Source: Candidatus Bathyarchaeia archaeon
GTDB lineage: Archaea > Thermoproteota > Bathyarchaeia > Bathyarchaeales > Bathycorpusculaceae
DNA length: 64,000 bases
Direction: 5' to 3'
NCBI GenBank assembly: GCA_049515895.1
Contig: JBEKTQ010000020.1
Location: 1-64,000 of the forward strand
Every line of letters starts with the position of its first letter. Position 1 is the stretch's first letter. This document shows, piece after piece, positions 1-9,229 of this stretch. Under the pieces are notes generated by a model that had not been told where the DNA came from, did no database searches, and was given only the letters and a program-made list of their open reading frames with translations. The position numbers were made by a program, and so were the translations under genes.

Positions 1-91
1 GCCTTCTACGTGTTCGCTCATGGCTCATTAGTTGCTTTAAAGCTAGTCTAGATTTAAGGCTAACGGTCACCTGCCATTAACGGAAAAAACT

Positions 92-110
92 TTTTCACAC
101 GGTCTCAACA
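92..110 (+). mobile_element. Probable right end of an IS1182-family element (remainder outside the window or lost)
   Basis: TTTTCACACGGTCTCAACA is identical to 6956-6974, which follows an IS1182 transposase C-terminal fragment. Confidence 0.55.
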
Positions 111-154
111 ACCACGCGCGCTGTTAGTGGGGGGTTAATTATTTAGAATATTGT

Positions 155-172
155 CTGTAAGATGACTTACAG
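155..172. promoter_or_regulatory. Palindromic operator CTGTAAG-N4-CTTACAG upstream of the TrmB gene
   Basis: Perfect 7-4-7 inverted repeat; related TGTAW-N6/7-TTACA sites at 4050-4065, 7988-8003 and 9143-9159. Confidence 0.5.
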
Positions 173-258
173 CAGGAAGAAGATATACAAGCGGTTCACC
201 AAAAATTAGCGAAAATAATATTACATAGAAGATTATATTACTGAGGGGAGTTACTTCA

Positions 259-1152
259 GTGAATAATGTGCAGACTATCCTTGTAAACTGGGGATTTTCA
301 GAAAAAGAATCCTTAATTTACATTATATTAATTAAGAATGGCCCTCTTAAAGTTAAAGAAATAGTAAAAATTACCGGAATAAACAGAGTTCAGGTGTACG
401 AACTTTTAAGGAAAATGAGAAATAAGGCGATTATTGAACAGAGTACTAGCTACCCAATAATGTTCAAAGGTGTATCACCTGATGATTTATCAGAATTATT
501 TATTAAAATAAAAAAATTTGAATTGTTAACATTAGAGAAAAACAAAGAAGAACTATCTGCCGAAATAAATAAAATACAAATTTCAGATAGAAATATCGAA
601 ACTAAATTTAATATTGTACAAAATTTGGATGTTTTGATGTCAAAATCACTGGAATTTTCTGAAAATGCAAGATGTGAACTCGCAATAAGAAATGATCATT
701 TGAAAGATTCGGAGTATGATTGGAAAACTGTCTTTAAGATCACGCTAACTAATATAAAAAAGAATAATGCTTATATTAAAATCATAACTAACTCAAAAAA
801 TGAACAATTCGTAAACGAATTGATGACTAAATATAAAAATTACGCTAAATTCTTTGAATTTCGTATTTACGATAGCAATAAAGAAGCACCAGATTTAACA
901 ATCAAAGACAACGAAGAAATTTTAATCAGTTTAACCCCAATTAAAGAAAAACCACAAAATTTAGCCGCTTACAAAGGCGTACTTACAAACAGTAAACCTT
1001 TTGTGAATCTATCGGCTGATTTTTTCAATGAATGTTGGAATAAAAGCAGGAAGATAAGGTTTAATTGTTTAAAAGCCGACGAATCAGAACAAGTTAAAAG
1101 TGCAATCCATGAAGAGCTTACCTGCGGCGGCTATGGCGTCGTTCTCAAGTGA
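259..1152 (+). CDS. TrmB-family transcriptional regulator
   Basis: N-terminal wHTH (GFSEKESLIYIILIKNGPLKVKEIVKITGINRVQVYELL); C-terminal IKDNEEILI...FFNECW effector-domain pattern. Confidence 0.85.
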   Translation: MNNVQTILVNWGFSEKESLIYIILIKNGPLKVKEIVKITGINRVQVYELLRKMRNKAIIEQSTSYPIMFKGVSPDDLSELFIKIKKFELLTLEKNKEELSAEINKIQISDRNIETKFNIVQNLDVLMSKSLEFSENARCELAIRNDHLKDSEYDWKTVFKITLTNIKKNNAYIKIITNSKNEQFVNELMTKYKNYAKFFEFRIYDSNKEAPDLTIKDNEEILISLTPIKEKPQNLAAYKGVLTNSKPFVNLSADFFNECWNKSRKIRFNCLKADESEQVKSAIHEELTCGGYGVVLK

Positions 1153-1184
1153 GTGGTTCCGTGGAGAAAATCAGGGCTTTTCAT
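1109..1184 (+). mobile_element. 76-bp internally deleted IS110-like remnant overlapping the TrmB 3' end
   Basis: Imperfect inverted ends ATGAAGAGCT...GGCTTTTCAT; right end identical to 2656-2665. Confidence 0.4.
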
Positions 1185-1220
1185 AGAAAATCTTATAATG
1201 TGAGCATTCATTGAAGTGCT

Positions 1221-2665
1221 ATGAAAAACCTTTTCGATAACCACTAACTTTACTATTCTTGGAGCGACTGGAAGAAACACCGTTCTTTTTTTGGAGGTTT
1301 TAGACTTCGATCTAAAAAATGGTTTGCGCTCCTTGCGACGGATAGATGGCTGGGCTTTGAGCTAAGATAGAAAAATGCTCTCTAAAGCCTAAGGAGCATC
1401 TTCCAGCGGCTCAAAACTTGGAGGTGAAGAAAATATGGATAAATCAGAAAAAACTTGTGGAATAGATGTACACCGAGACCTGCTCGTTGCCACTATACTC
1501 AGCGGCGAAACACGGCAAACCAAACGCTTCGTAAACGGTGCAAATGACATAAACAACCTCAAAAACTGGCTTAAAACCTGTGAATGCACTCAAGCAGTTG
1601 GAATCAACTAGCATATACTGGGTTCCGCTGTACCTGGCGCTGGAGGAATCAAGATTCAACGTCACCCTCGCAAACGCCAATCAAGTAAAGGCTATTCCCG
1701 GACGCAAAACAGACCAAACAAGTTCCGAGTGGCTAGCTCACCTGCTGAGAGGTGGACTGATAAAACCGAGCTATATCCCGGAAAAACGTGTGAGAGAACT
1801 AAGAGAGCTCACCAGACTACGTGTGAAGCTCATTGAAAATCGGACAGCGTTAAGAACAGGTGTCAAAAAGTCTTAAACCAGGTAAACATTAGGCTTGGAT
1901 CTAGGCTTACAGATGTTTTTGGTAAGGCTGGAACGGAGATTCTGAATGGGCTAATGGCGGGAAGACGGTTGAATCCATTTTGGAGCGTGCGGAGAATAAT
2001 TGGCTCAAAAAAAGGTGTGAAGAGACTAAGGCTGTGGCTAAGGGTGGGTTGAGTGAGTCGGATATTTTTCTTCTGAAGGAGTTCACGGAAATTATCCGGG
2101 CTTTGAACGAGAAAATCCGTAAGGTGGAGGGTAGGATAGAGATGCTTGTTAATGAGCGGGATGTAGCGATTGTTTCGTCGGTTCCGGAGGTTGGGAAAAT
2201 GTCGGCGGCTGCCATTGTGGCTGAGATTGGTGATGCTGGGCAGTTTGTTGATGAGGGGCATTTGGCGTCTTGGGCAGGATTTGCTCCTTCGGTTTATCAG
2301 TCTGCGGGTGTGTTTGTCACGGGTCATATTACGAAGAAGGGTTCCAAGTGGCTTAGACATGTTATGGTTGAAGTGGCTCATGTTGCTGTGAGGGTTAGAG
2401 ATTCGCGGTTGCGAGCGTTTTACTTGAGACTGAGAGCTAAGAAGGGTGAGAAGATAGCTGTTGCTCGGAAGATGTTGGGTATCATTTGGCCTTTGTTGGT
2501 GAAGGGTGAAAGGTACTCGGAGGAGAGTTTTGAGAAGGTGGTGAGAAGCGTGAAAAGTGCTCATGTTGGGCATGTTCCTTTGGAGGAGATGCTGCGATCT
2601 TGCGGAGTGCTGGTTATGTTGTGTTTGACGGTCCGAATGGCTGACGGCTAAAGAAGGCTTTTCAT
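1221..2665 (+). mobile_element. IS110-family element 1
   Basis: Sub-terminal inverted repeats ATGAAAAACC (1221) and GGCTTTTCAT (2656); about 200-bp 5' non-coding end; transposase inside. Confidence 0.75.
1435..2651 (+). pseudogene. IS110-family transposase, multiply frameshifted
   Basis: MDKSEKTCGIDVHRD start, ESTSIYW, GRKTD, AEIGD...ASWAGFAP..QS motifs spread over at least three frames. Confidence 0.9.
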
Positions 2666-2843
2666 GGCAAAAAAATAAGTAATGATTTACAAAAAAATTA
2701 CAATAAAGTTAATGTTAAAAAGGCAATTAACACAGATACGTTGCAGAAGCATTAAGTTCTAGAGGTTGCTTGTGCTACTTAGTTTAATTTTAAAATTTCA
2801 TTATTCAAATCTAAAATTAAAAAAATAAAAAAGGAAGTTTAGC

Positions 2844-3995
2844 TTATTGTTTTTGCTCAACAGTTTCGGTTATTTTGTACCTTGGTAGCAACGCCACAAA
2901 TACTATGCACAATACCAATCCTATTGCTATGATTCCGGCGAGTGAAAGCCAAGTTATTTGATAACCCGCTAACGTAACACCAGCTGTTCCCAAGATCGTA
3001 CCGACAATTAAAGGTAGCACTACCTGGCCAGCGCTTTGGAATGTCTGGATCCAATTAGTATAAGTCACTGTGACCTCACGGGGTATACGCTTCAATGTTT
3101 CACCGCCGAGAAATGCGAATTCTCCCACGGTAAAAAGTTGTGAAACAGCAAATAACGCAAATAAGGTAACAATTGCACCTAGGTGACCCAACGCAGGTAC
3201 GAATGCCGTGATTGCAAAGGCGAATATTGCTATAATAGGCCAACTAATAATTGCTATTTTGGGACCTACTTTTCTAAGCACTGGTGGACAAACAGCTCCA
3301 GCGAGAATTGCTCCAATACAGCATGGTATGAAAATATATCCAAGGTCTGCAATTGGCAAGCCAACGAATGATTGAATCGCGAAAGTTGCACATAAACCGG
3401 CGAAAGCGGCTGCCGCTCCATGGGTAATGATACTTATCAAACCACTAAGCACTACAAGCGGGTTTTTGAAAAGTTTACCAAAAGCACTTGGAGTAGCAAT
3501 TGTCTTGGCCATCGTAAGTTTGAAAGGAAGAATAAGCACCGCGGCTAATAGCCCAAAGACCACCATTGCAATGAAAAGCCCATGGATACCTATAGTAGCA
3601 TAGACATAAGGACCTATACCATACGCAACTAATGCACCTGCCGAGGAAACCACAATGAAATAACCTACAGCTTTAGCTCTATATTCGGGAGCCATCGCAA
3701 GAACAGCCATGCCTGCAGTAAGGAAAAACATCATGAGTCCAAAACCAGAAACTATCCTGAACGCGTATATGAGTGGCCAAGAAGTCGTGGACAAAAGACC
3801 AAGACCAGAGATCATAAGCGCAGCGCATCCGATGAGTACTAAAGGCATTCCAAACGCAGTTGAATAAGAAGGCAAATAAGGACTGACTACATACTGAGCA
3901 GCCGTCATAAAAAATGCTGTCATCAAAATCAAAATAACGTTTCGACTAAACTGTGAGGTTTTTGGTTTTTCATTTTCTTGTTTAATTTCACTCAT
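2844..3995 (-). CDS. MFS transporter (probably with an in-frame deletion around TM2/motif A)
   Basis: Multi-TM hydrophobic protein with FRIVSGFG and PEYRAKAVG motifs; GxxxD motif A missing from the N-half. Confidence 0.8.
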   Translation of the reverse strand: MSEIKQENEKPKTSQFSRNVILILMTAFFMTAAQYVVSPYLPSYSTAFGMPLVLIGCAALMISGLGLLSTTSWPLIYAFRIVSGFGLMMFFLTAGMAVLAMAPEYRAKAVGYFIVVSSAGALVAYGIGPYVYATIGIHGLFIAMVVFGLLAAVLILPFKLTMAKTIATPSAFGKLFKNPLVVLSGLISIITHGAAAAFAGLCATFAIQSFVGLPIADLGYIFIPCCIGAILAGAVCPPVLRKVGPKIAIISWPIIAIFAFAITAFVPALGHLGAIVTLFALFAVSQLFTVGEFAFLGGETLKRIPREVTVTYTNWIQTFQSAGQVVLPLIVGTILGTAGVTLAGYQITWLSLAGIIAIGLVLCIVFVALLPRYKITETVEQKQ

Positions 3996-4092
3996 AAATT
4001 TATCCCCTTTTCTTTTTAATGGCCTGATTTTCTTTTATTAAATATTGTATGTATGCGAACTTACAGTTAAATTTCAGAGGTAATTAGAATTT
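3962..4092. repeat. About 130-bp duplication, copy 1 (MFS start and promoter)
   Basis: Near-identical to 7899-8032. Confidence 0.9.
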
Positions 4093-4220
4093 TTCAATTT
4101 ATTACTCATAAATGTTCGTCCCTAAAGTGCTACGGTAAAGCGCGGCGCGCTGGCTTGTCGAGACTGATGGTATGGGAAGTGTTAAACGGGCGGGGCGCCT
4201 CTGTTTGTGGGTTGGATGTG

Positions 4221-5507
4221 ACTTTATGAAAAAAGACGCCGGATAATTCCTACATGGCTGGCTAGTTCATTCCTTATGCTGGTCTTCGCGACCGAGGATG
4301 TGACTGAACGAGCCTTGAGCTGCTAAAGAAATGGGCTTAGCGCCCGGATGAGTGAATGCAGCCCTTTGCCAGCCAAAAGAATAGAGGTGAACTAAAAGAA
4401 ATGAAATTTGTAGGAATAGACGTCGGAAAACAGAAGTGCGCTGCTGCAATGATGAATCCTGAAGGCCACATCAACGATGAATTCTCGTTCCAGAATAACA
4501 ATGAAGGAATAAAAGCCTTGATATCTAGGCTTTCAGTGGACGACCAGGTTGTCATGGAATCAACGGGAAGCGTCTGGTCAAACTTATACGACAGCATTGA
4601 GAAGGCTCACATTAAGGTGGTGCTGGCTAACCCTTTGAAGACCAAAGCCATAGCTTCAGCGAGAATAAAAAGCGACAAAGTGGACGCGAGGATACTTGCG
4701 CATGTGTTGAGAGCGGATTTGATTCCTCCAAGCTACGTTTCTCCCTATGAAATCAGAGAAATGAGATACTTGCTTAGGCATAGAGCCTCTTTGGTCAGCA
4801 TACGTACCCGAGTGAAGAACCAAATTCACAGTCTTCTTGACAGAACGGGATTCCGACTGGAAAATTCTCAGACCTCTTCGGAAAGTCTGGAATGGAATGG
4901 TTGAAGTCTGTTGAGCTTTCAACGTTGGACCGTTTGATGTTGGATAATCACCTTGAACACCTGGAAAGCTTGAAGAATCAGATGAATTCGGTTGATGCGG
5001 AGATTACTTCGAGGGCTTCGCATGATAGGTATGTCGAGTTGCTTCTAAGCTTGACTGGCGTTGATGTTTTTGCTGCGTTGTTGATCAGGTCGGAGATCGG
5101 AGACATCGCGAGGTTTGGTTCGTATAAGAAGCTGATTTCTTGGGCTGGTTTAGCGCCGTCGTTGCATCAGTCTGGGAATGTTGAATATCGTGGGCGGATT
5201 ACGAAGCAGGGTTCTAAGATGCTTCGTTGGATTATGGTGGAGGCTGCTGTGGTTTCGGTGAATCGTGATGTGAGGCTTGGAGAGTTTCATGAGCGTGTGA
5301 AGCAAAGGCGTGGTGGTCAGAAGGCTACTGTGGCTGTGGCTTGTAAGATGTTGAAGATTATTTGGACTATGCTTTCGAGGGATGAGCCTTATCAGTCTAG
5401 GAATCAGCGGAGGTATGTCAAAAAGCTTAACTTAGTGAGAAGGCATTAGATTCTTGGCTGGTGTTGGGTAGGCTTAGGCGCTGGTCAGGCGACGTTTTTC
5501 ATGAGTG
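4221..5507 (+). mobile_element. IS110-family element 2, inserted in the transposase gene of element 3
   Basis: IRs ATGAAAAAAGACGCC (4226-4240) and GGCGACGTTTTTCAT (5488-5502); GTG at both junctions (4218-4220, 5505-5507). Confidence 0.75.
4401..5449 (+). pseudogene. IS110-family transposase, frameshifted near 4850
   Basis: MKFVGIDVGK, VMESTG, KSDKVDA in frame 1; SEIGDIARF..SWAGLAP..QSG in frame 2. Confidence 0.9.
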
Positions 5508-6456
5508 CATAAGGATAGTACTTATGCGACGATTTTGAGTTCTGAAGGAAAAATAATCAACCAGATGAGAATGAATAATGAGAAAGTGCTGTCGTACTTG
5601 TCCCACTATAAGGTGAGCAAGGTGGCGATGGAGGCTTCTACTCCGGTGGCGTCGTTGTATAGGCAGCTAATGAGTGAGGGCTTTGACGTTGTGGTTTCTC
5701 ATCCTAAGAAGACACGTTACATTGCGGAGGCTAGAATTAAAAGCGACAGGGTTGACTCCAAGGTTATTGCTGAACTTGCGAGGTTGGATGCATTGCCGCT
5801 TGCGTATGTTCCTGACAAAGAAACCGCAGATCTGAGAGAAAAGGTGAGGCGAAGAGCTTTCCTTGTAAGGGAACGCGTTAAACTTAGAGTGAAAGTTAAG
5901 AGTTTTCTGACGTATGAAGGAATTAAGTGGCCTTCTGAACATGGCTTATTCACACGGAAGGGTATTGAGTGGTTGGGCTCTTTGAAGTTTGAGTCTGTTG
6001 ATTCTTATCTTAGAATCATGGACATTTTTGATGAGGAAATAAAAGTGCTTTCTAAGCAGCTTGAGGGTTTGGCTAGGGAAGATGAGGATGTTAACTGTTC
6101 CAGGATTGGGTTATTATTCGGCGCTGCTTGTGAAGAGCGAGATTGGCGACGTTAACCGTTTTCTGTTTGGGGAGAGACTTTGTAGCTATGCTGGTTTGGT
6201 TCCGTCTACTCATGCGTCTGGTGGCGTGGTTAGGCATGGCGGTATCACTAAGGAGTGTAGCCGTTGGCTGCGGTGGGTGATGGTGGAAGCCGCTCAGACG
6301 CATATGCATAAATATGATACTTCCATAACTTGGGCGTATCAGGGAATAGCGCAGAGAAGGGGAAAGAGAGCTGCTACAGTGGCGGCTGCTCGTAAGTTGT
6401 TGCTGTGTTGTTATTCGGTGTTGAAGAACAAACGCCAGTATTATGATCAGGCATAA
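5505..6456 (+). pseudogene. IS110-family transposase (element 3), 5' end split off by element 2, frameshifted near 6095
   Basis: VHKDSTYATI, AMEAS, KSDRVDS, SEIGDVNRF..SYAGLVPS; the missing (F)VGLDV codons appear at about 4201-4220. Confidence 0.9.
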
Positions 6457-6590
6457 ACTTTCCTCGTTTTTCATACTGTCCCCTTTGGTGGACAAGAGAG
6501 TGATTGAGGATGCCTGGATGCGTAGCCATATTGCCTCTTTAGTGTGGGCGAATAGGTATATGCCTCAATCAACTGAAAAATTGGGAATTG
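6457..6590 (+). ncRNA. Candidate structured IS110 non-coding end (bridge/seek RNA-like)
   Basis: Hairpin TGTCC..GGACA and 9-bp stem TGATTGAGG (6501-6509) / CCTCAATCA (6563-6571) directly after the transposase stop. Confidence 0.4.
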
Positions 6591-6591
6591 A

Positions 6592-6974
6592 GTGGAAGCG
6601 CGCGCTGGAAGGACGTTGTGGCGTTGGGAACACGCTGAGGTGCTGGATGAGATAAGGGAGAGGATGCTTCGTGAGCCTGAGAAGATGGCTTTGAGGAAGA
6701 GGCTTGTGGAGCATCCGTTTGGGACCATGAAACGAGCTTTCAATCAAGGTTATCTTCTGCTCAAGGGACTTAGGAAAGTGAGCGGAGAAGTGGGCTACAC
6801 TATGCTGGCTTACAATATGAAGCGGATCCTGAACATTCTCGGACCCGGGTTCATGCGGGTTTTCTGGTAAAGTCAGGGAAGAATGGGAGTGGAAGGGTAG
6901 AGAAACAGGGTTTTTAGCACGTTTGGAGCTCCCGACGCACATGGCAAACAGTGAATTTTCACACGGTCTCAACA
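6592..6974 (+). mobile_element. IS1182-family remnant (transposase C-terminus 6592-6870 and right end)
   Basis: RKRLVEHPFGTMK...LLKGLRKV..E..LAYNMKR DDE C-terminal motif; end shared with 92-110. Confidence 0.8.
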
Positions 6975-7512
6975 GCCATAAGCGCCTCAATTTTTAATAA
7001 AGCCAGCGTATTATTACGCTATCGCAAACTTTTTGAAGTAGTTTGGAAAGCCTGTTGATTAATTGTCAGAAATCATTTTAATGCCATTGAAATGTTGCTA
7101 GTAAGAATTTAAGCATAACAAGTAATTGTTGACATGACATACTTTCGCCAACAAAAGATGGCGATAATTGCAATGTCATTTTTAAAAAAGAAACAAAATC
7201 CTTCAACTATAACAAGTTGCTAATCTTGAGGCCACAAAATCAATCGTTGTTACCATGCAATCTGTATAAGCAACAAAAACACAGAAGTCAACAAAAAACT
7301 AAAAACTTTGTGCTTTTCAACAATGGCGCTTTAGTAAAGGCTATTTTGTAAGAAACAGCTTTAAAAATTTTAACGAAAGTCAATATCGCCAAAAATTTTT
7401 ATTTTAGTACAAAAATAATTGTTTGCGCCGATTTCATTCATTTATAGGCTAAAATACGAAAAAAAGCGAAAGTTGAGTTCCTCTTCCATTTAAGCCTTTA
7501 TAGCTGGCTTGG

Positions 7513-7827
7513 TTATTTTGTTGTTATTGTATATTTGCATCCTAGTGGGTTAAGAGCCTCGTCTATTTGAGATATTAGTTTTTCCAGTTGCACTCGAGTA
7601 GGATCCGTGTACCATTCATAAAAGAAGTCATATTCGCCCAAATCCTCTTTTGATTTACTGATCAAGGCTTCGCATTCTTGGACAGCACCGCCAGGAGATA
7701 GGTTGGCAACAATAAAATGCATTATGCAAACTTCCGGATTATCTACCGCCAGATTCTCCAACACTTTAAGCGCCTTTACTATTGGTGGACCATATAATTT
7801 TATAAAACTTTTTTTCAAAACAAACAC
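7513..7827 (-). CDS. Hypothetical protein, 104 aa
   Basis: Clean ORF with upstream AGGAG; ends EALNPLGCKYTITTK; no family recognised. Confidence 0.6.
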   Translation of the reverse strand: MFVLKKSFIKLYGPPIVKALKVLENLAVDNPEVCIMHFIVANLSPGGAVQECEALISKSKEDLGEYDFFYEWYTDPTRVQLEKLISQIDEALNPLGCKYTITTK

Positions 7828-7898
7828 GCTCCTAAAAATTTCTTAGTGTTTCCAATATTTATAATTTTTTTCTATTGACGTGTGCGCGCCCCACCTTA

Positions 7899-8032
7899 TT
7901 GGTTTTTCATTTTCTTGTTTAATTTCACTCATAAATTTATCCCCTTTTCTTTTTATATGGCCTGATTTTCTTTTATAAAATATTGTATGTATGCGAACTT
8001 ACAGTTAAATTTCAGAGGTAATCAGAATTTTT
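7899..8032. repeat. About 130-bp duplication, copy 2, abutting the IS66-like element
   Basis: Near-identical to 3962-4092; contains the first ~10 MFS codons only. Confidence 0.9.
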
Positions 8033-8103
8033 GTGTGTATTTAGCTCATTGCAAACTAGCTTAGTGGAAAGCTTTAAAGTATATACTTTGTATAAACTAT
8101 CTC

Positions 8104-8265
8104 ATGACCGCGAAACAAAAGCTGACAGAGCAAACAAGCCTAAGAGTCAACGGCATAACAGGGTTCTTTGAAGGCAAAGTTACACCAATAGGCAACGGCG
8201 CCAAAATAGGATACCCCAAAGAATACGTCGGACGACGAGTCTATGTTGTAGTTCTCAAAGAATAG
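8104..8265 (+). CDS. DUF2080-like transposase-associated small protein, 53 aa (not in the ORF track)
   Basis: MTAKQKLTEQTSLRVNGITGFFEGKVTPIGNGAKIGYPKEYVGRRVYVVVLKE, directly upstream of the IS66 transposase. Confidence 0.75.
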   Translation: MTAKQKLTEQTSLRVNGITGFFEGKVTPIGNGAKIGYPKEYVGRRVYVVVLKE

Positions 8266-8290
8266 CACCAAAGCAAAAAGCTGACAATAG

Positions 8291-9088
8291 GTGACCTGCA
8301 TAGTCACTGAAAACTGCCAAACCTGCCAGAAAATCCAGCAACTAACAGAGCAGAACAACGCTCTTAGAGCTGAAATCAACAATCTCAAACGCAGCCTAAT
8401 GCGCTATGAAAATCCACACACACCACCCTCAATGCGAATGTACCCAACTCGAAACGGGGATCACAAAAGAAGCCAAAAACGCTTCCCAGGCAGACCCCAA
8501 GGACACAAAGGCACAACAAGGCCCAAACCCAAAATTCCAGATATAATGAAAGCGCCTCAAAAGAAACAAACATGCGACCACTGCGGAGCACAACTATCAG
8601 AGCCAGCTCATGTTGGTCATCACTTTGTTGAAGAAGTATCAAACCCACATCCAAGACAAGTTGTCGACTTTTTGCAGTTCGAGTACAAATGCACTTCATG
8701 CAATGGCTACTCTTTGGCAAGGCATCCAGACTGCCCTCCGGACCATATATTTGGAAAAAATGCTTTAACCCAGACAACACTAAAGTTCGAGCAAAGGCTG
8801 CCTTTTGAGAAAGTATCGCAGCAGATGGAAAGCCAGTTTGGCCTGCCAATGTCCTCTGCTTCAGCACTTGATGTTACCAGAAGAGTCAGCGAATACCTCA
8901 GACCAGAATATGAAGCCATCTTAGATCGAGTCAGACATGCAAAAGTGGTTAATGTTGATGAGACAAGCGAGAAGGTTGATGGAGTGAATTATTGGCTTGG
9001 GTCTTTACAACTGAAACTGACACGTTCTTTGCCATTAGGAAGAGCAGAGGCAAGAAGGCGCTTGATGACAAATACAACAAACGATTAA
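8291..9088 (+). pseudogene. IS66-family transposase, truncated
   Basis: Coiled coil, ENPHTPPS, GRPQGHKG, CDHCG...CTSC zinc finger, NVDETS; catalytic C-terminal half lost. Confidence 0.85.
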
Positions 9089-9142
9089 CGCTCGCTATGA
9101 ACTAATTCACGAAAAGTCTACAACTTGGGGAGAATGCATCAA

Positions 9143-9159
9143 TGTAACTGATAGTTACA
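9143..9159. promoter_or_regulatory. Palindrome TGTAACT-GAT-AGTTACA upstream of the thermosome gene
   Basis: Perfect 7-3-7 inverted repeat about 70 bp before the start. Confidence 0.45.
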
Positions 9160-9229
9160 GAAAGAACAACCTAATCTTAAATAATTGGATTGCTAAATTC
9201 ACCCATACAATCATACTTGATAAGGAGCG

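Noticed and set aside
8035-9110. Defined terminal inverted repeats of the IS66-like element
   Set aside because: GTGTATTTAGCTCAT versus ATGAACTAATTCAC is only a partial match; ends not called
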